From assembly GCF_009914755.1 (NCBI RefSeq), contig NC_060931.1: a stretch of DNA of 64,000 nt, one strand, 5' to 3'. Positions 60,101-64,000 of the stretch are shown here, one piece after another. Below the pieces are notes generated by a model. The model did no database searches and was not told the DNA's origin. It was given only the letters and a program-made list of their open reading frames with translations. Position 1 is the first letter of the stretch; each line of letters starts with the position of its first letter. This stretch comes from the human T2T-CHM13v2.0 reference genome, Homo sapiens. The position numbers were made by a program, and so were the translations under genes.

Positions 60101-63100
60101 CTACTTCTTCATAATTCAATCTTGGTAAGTTGTGTATGTTCAGAATTTATTGATTTCTCCTAGGTTATCCAATTTGTTGGAATATAATTGTTCATAATGT
60201 TCTCTTATACTATTTTGTATACCTATGGCATTGGTTGTAATGTCTGCTTACTTGTCTCTGAATATGTGTTGAGTATTCTCTTTTTTTCTTACTCTAGCTA
60301 ATGGTTTGTCTACTTCATTTATCAATTCAAAAAACTAACTCAGTTTTGTTGATCTTTTCTAAGGCTTTTGTAGTCTGTATTTTATTTATTTTTGCTCTAT
60401 CTTTATTATTTCCTCCCTTCCTTCTTATTTTAGATATGGGTTTTTTTCTTTAGTAGTTCTTTGAGATACAAGATTAGGTTGTTGGAGATTTTTCATATAC
60501 TCTGATGTAGGCATTTATTGCTATAAACTTCTTTTTTAGAACTACTTTTGCTATATCCCGCAGAATATGTTGTGTTCCCATTTATATTTGTCTGAAGAAT
60601 ATTTTAAATTTCATTTTTAAATTTTTTCATTGTCCCATTGTTTGTTCAGGGACATGCTTTTTATTTCCATTTATTTGGGAATTTTCCAACGTTCCCCCTG
60701 TTATTGATTTCTAGTTTTATGTCACTGTGGTCTGAAAAGATACGTGATATGACTTTAATCTTAAACTTGTGGAGGCTTGTTTGATGGTCTAATATAGCAT
60801 CTATCCTGGAGAATATTCCCTGTGCAAGTAAGAAGGAGGTGTATTCTGCAGCTGTTGGATGGCTTGTTCTTATGTCTGTATACCTGCTATATTCATTTAG
60901 TCAGTAGGACAGTTTCAACATGATGTTTCTATGTTGATTTTCAGTCTGGATGAACTATCCATTGCTGAAAGTGAGGTGATGAAGTCGCTTACTCTTAGTG
61001 TATTTCAGCCTATCGCTTCCATTTTATTAATATTTACTTTATATATTTAGGTGGTCCTATGTTGGGTGTATATATTTATAATTATTATATCATCTTATCG
61101 AATTGACTACTTTATAATGACCTTTTTGTCTCTTTTCACAGATTTTGGCTTAAAGTCTATTTTATCTGATATAACTATACCTAGCCTTGCACTTTAATGG
61201 TTTCCATTCCCTCATTTTTAGTCCATATGTGCCCTTACCTGTGAAACTGTCTCTTGTAGTGCATTTCAACATATAATTGAGTCATTTTTTTAAATTCATT
61301 CAGCTATTCAGTGTCTTTTCATTAGAGAATTTTTTTATTATTTATATGTAGGAACTTACTGCTGTCTTTTTGTTACTTGTTTTCTAGTTGTTATACAGAT
61401 TCATTCTTCCTTTCTTTCTTACTGCTTTCCTTTGTGATTAAGTAATTTTCATGAAAATTGTTTTATTCTTTGCTTTTTCTGTTAGCGTATCTGTTATAGG
61501 CTTTTGAGTTAATGTTACCATGAGGCTTATGAAAATCATCTTATTGTTGTAACAAGTTATTTTAACCTGATAACAGCTTAAGTTTGATTGCAAAAAAAAA
61601 AAAAAAGACAAAGCAAAAGCAAAAATGTTTACATTTTTACTCGACTCCTCCCTAACAGTTTGAATTTTTGATGTCACAATTTACATCATTTTATATTGCA
61701 TATCGATTAACAAATAATTTTAGTTATTATTATTTTAATAATTTTGTGTCTTAACTGTCATATTAAAATGTTTGGTTGCTACACCATCATAGAGTAATAA
61801 AATATTCTGAATTTTTGTGTACTTACATTACAGTGAGTTTTGTACTTTCAGTGATTTTTGTTTTACTCACTGGTGTCCTTTCCTTTCAGCTTGAAGAACT
61901 CCTTGTAGCATTCTTTGTAAGGTGGTGACTAACTCTCTGCTTGTGTTTGTCTGGGAAATTATTTATTTATCTTATTTCTGAAAAACAGCTTTGCAGGGCA
62001 TAGTATTTTTTGTTGACAGTTTTTTCCCCCAGCACTTTGAATATATCATCCTGCTCTCTCTTAGCCCGTAAGATTTTTCTTCAGATGTCTGCTATTGGCT
62101 TATTAGAGCTCTCGTCATTTGTGGTTTGCTTCTTCGCTCCTGCTGCTTTCCAAATCCTCTTTTTTCTTTGATTTTGACAGTTGCAGTATAACTTGAGGGT
62201 AATCTTTTTTAAATTAAATCAGAATGAAGACTTTTTACCTTCCTGTAAATATTTCTATCTTTCTCCAAGTTTGGAAAGTTTTCTCCTTCAATTTTTAAAA
62301 TAATATTTTACCTTTAACTGTCATTGCTTTTTTTTGAATGCCAATGATTATTATATTTGCTCATTTAAGGTTATCCCAGAAATCCTGTAGGCTTTCTGCA
62401 TTTTCTTTATTTTTATTTCCTTTTTCCCCTTTGTATATTTTCAAATAACTTGTGTATCAGTTTAGAGAATCCTCTTCCACTTACGAAGTTCTTCTGTTGA
62501 TACTCTCTATAGATTTTTAAAATTTCATTTGTTGTAATTTTTAGCTCTAGGATTTCTGTTTGATTTAATATTATTATTATTTCAATTTATTATTTCCTCA
62601 TCATAGTCACAATGTTTTCTTCATACCTTTAGCTGTTTTTCTGTATTTTTTTGACATTTGTTGAGCTTCCTTAAAACAGTTATTTTTACTTTATCGTGAG
62701 GCATTTTTCATACATCTCCATCTTTTCAGGGTTAGTTGTTGCCAATTACTTTTGTCCCTTTGGTGACTTCATGTTTTCCTGATTATTCTTGATTTTTTTG
62801 GTCATGTGCTGATGTCTGCATACTGTAGAAGTAGATACTTATTCCAGTCTTTGCAGTCTGCCTTTGTCTATGAATATCCTTCAGTGTTAAGCCTGTCCAG
62901 AGGTTAAGAGTGGGCCACCTGGTGTGATCCTTAAGCCCGTGACCACTGCAGCTATTGCAGTACTAGGGGGTGCCCTATATCCTGAACCACCATGGCTGGT
63001 ATAGTGACTGGTCAGAATTTTATGGATACAGAGCCTGCCACAATGCAGGGCTAAAAGTCCATGAATTCTATAATTAGTGCGGTGCTAGGGTGTGCTTGAA

Positions 63101-63675
63101 GCCCATAGTTGCTGAGGCTAGTGCAGCAGTGGGTCATGTCTAAATCCCATGACCTCTGAGGTCTGCCTGTTGTGGTAGGTTATTTAGAATCCAAGGCTGC
63201 TATAGTTGGCCAGTAGTTATGTGAACTAGAATTTGAGTCATTCTTGCAGGGCCTGGGGGTTCCTATCTTGCACTATGGTGGGTCTAAAGGATCAGGCTAC
63301 AGATACCAGGCTAAAATCAGAGATCATGCAGGTCTACCTAATGCTGGTTTTTACTGTGGTGGGCCTGGTATTTGTGTCCAAGGCAAAGTTCTACGATTGC
63401 TTACCTCTCTTTCTCCCAAGTGAACAGTGTCTCTCTCTGCTCTGTGCTACCTGGGGTTGGAGGTTGGGTAACATGGGAAATGCAAAAATGTCCGTTCTAC
63501 CTTTTTTGGTGTGTCTTTTCTAATTATTGTGCTATGACAAGGTACAGTCATCTTTTACTTGGTTTTCGTAGCTCTTGTGAGATATTTTTACCTATGGATA
63601 GTTGTCGAAATTGATGTTTCTTCCGGTGGGTGATCACTGGAGAGTCTTAATTGACAGTCTTGCTCGGCCCTCCTC
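57165..63675 (-). mobile_element. near full-length old L1MA (about MA6-9), with an internal deletion and a THE1C insertion
   Basis: Colinear antisense 3'UTR (GTGGTGAGAACACTTAA), ORF2, inter-ORF, ORF1 and a GC-richer 5'UTR ending near TCACTGGAGAGTCTTAATTGACAGTCTTGCTC. Confidence 0.9.
59117..59481 (+). mobile_element. THE1C MaLR solo LTR
   Basis: TGATATGGTTTGGCTGTGTCCCCACCCAAATCTC...ACTAATACA; 5-bp TSD GCAGA / GTGGA. Confidence 0.95.
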
Positions 63676-64000
63676 AGGTTTGACTATTCTTAATGTCCTT
63701 TTTCTATTGGGCACCTTTAAATGGAACACTTAAAACAGACACGCATCTTTTAATTATTTTACAGATGAGTAAAAGAATCAAATGTGAATTTATTCAAGGT
63801 AATAAATATTGGTTTAAAGAAATTACCATAGATCTTAATATAGAGAAAATCATAATTGTGGCTTACCTATAAAGAAGGCTTGGTGCTGGGCATTTTCTTC
63901 TTCATTTTTTAAATTCTGTACGTCTTTCCAACACAAATGCCTTCTAAACACTGATGATGCTGTAATTCTTATCTCCAGCCATGAATTCTTCATAAAATCT

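Overview
AT-rich primate (most likely human) genomic DNA that looks intronic or intergenic. I found no protein-coding gene, tRNA, rRNA or CpG island. Nearly all ORFs in the supplied track are chance frames in Alus, microsatellites or L1 antisense strands; the long ones are broken LINE-1 ORF2. The window is a layered transposon record: 15 Alus (J, S, Y), two 5'-inverted (twin-primed) L1PA insertions with TSDs, a near full-length old L1MA interrupted by a THE1C LTR, L1PB/L1ME/HAL1/L2/MIR fragments, solo LTRs (MER34/39-like, MER21, MER61, MER50, LTR16, MLT1A, MSTB) and DNA transposons (Tigger2, Tigger3, internally deleted HSMAR1, MADE1, MER58A/B, MER3). Signals this catalogue does not explain: (i) an ~85-bp inverted repeat at 40.98-41.46 kb with a 64/69-identical core, apparently copied from an old MIR-like sequence; (ii) the two inverted L1s forming a nested ~21-kb fold-back; (iii) a probable CR1/L3 endonuclease fossil at 53.7-54.1 kb; (iv) a 17-bp-stem hairpin and an ~105-bp imperfect palindrome in unique DNA; (v) candidate non-coding exons on both strands and a 54-codon smORF ending on a splice donor. 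All subfamily names come from my recall of consensus sequences and need Dfam/RepeatMasker confirmation. I see no evidence for a new multi-gene system.
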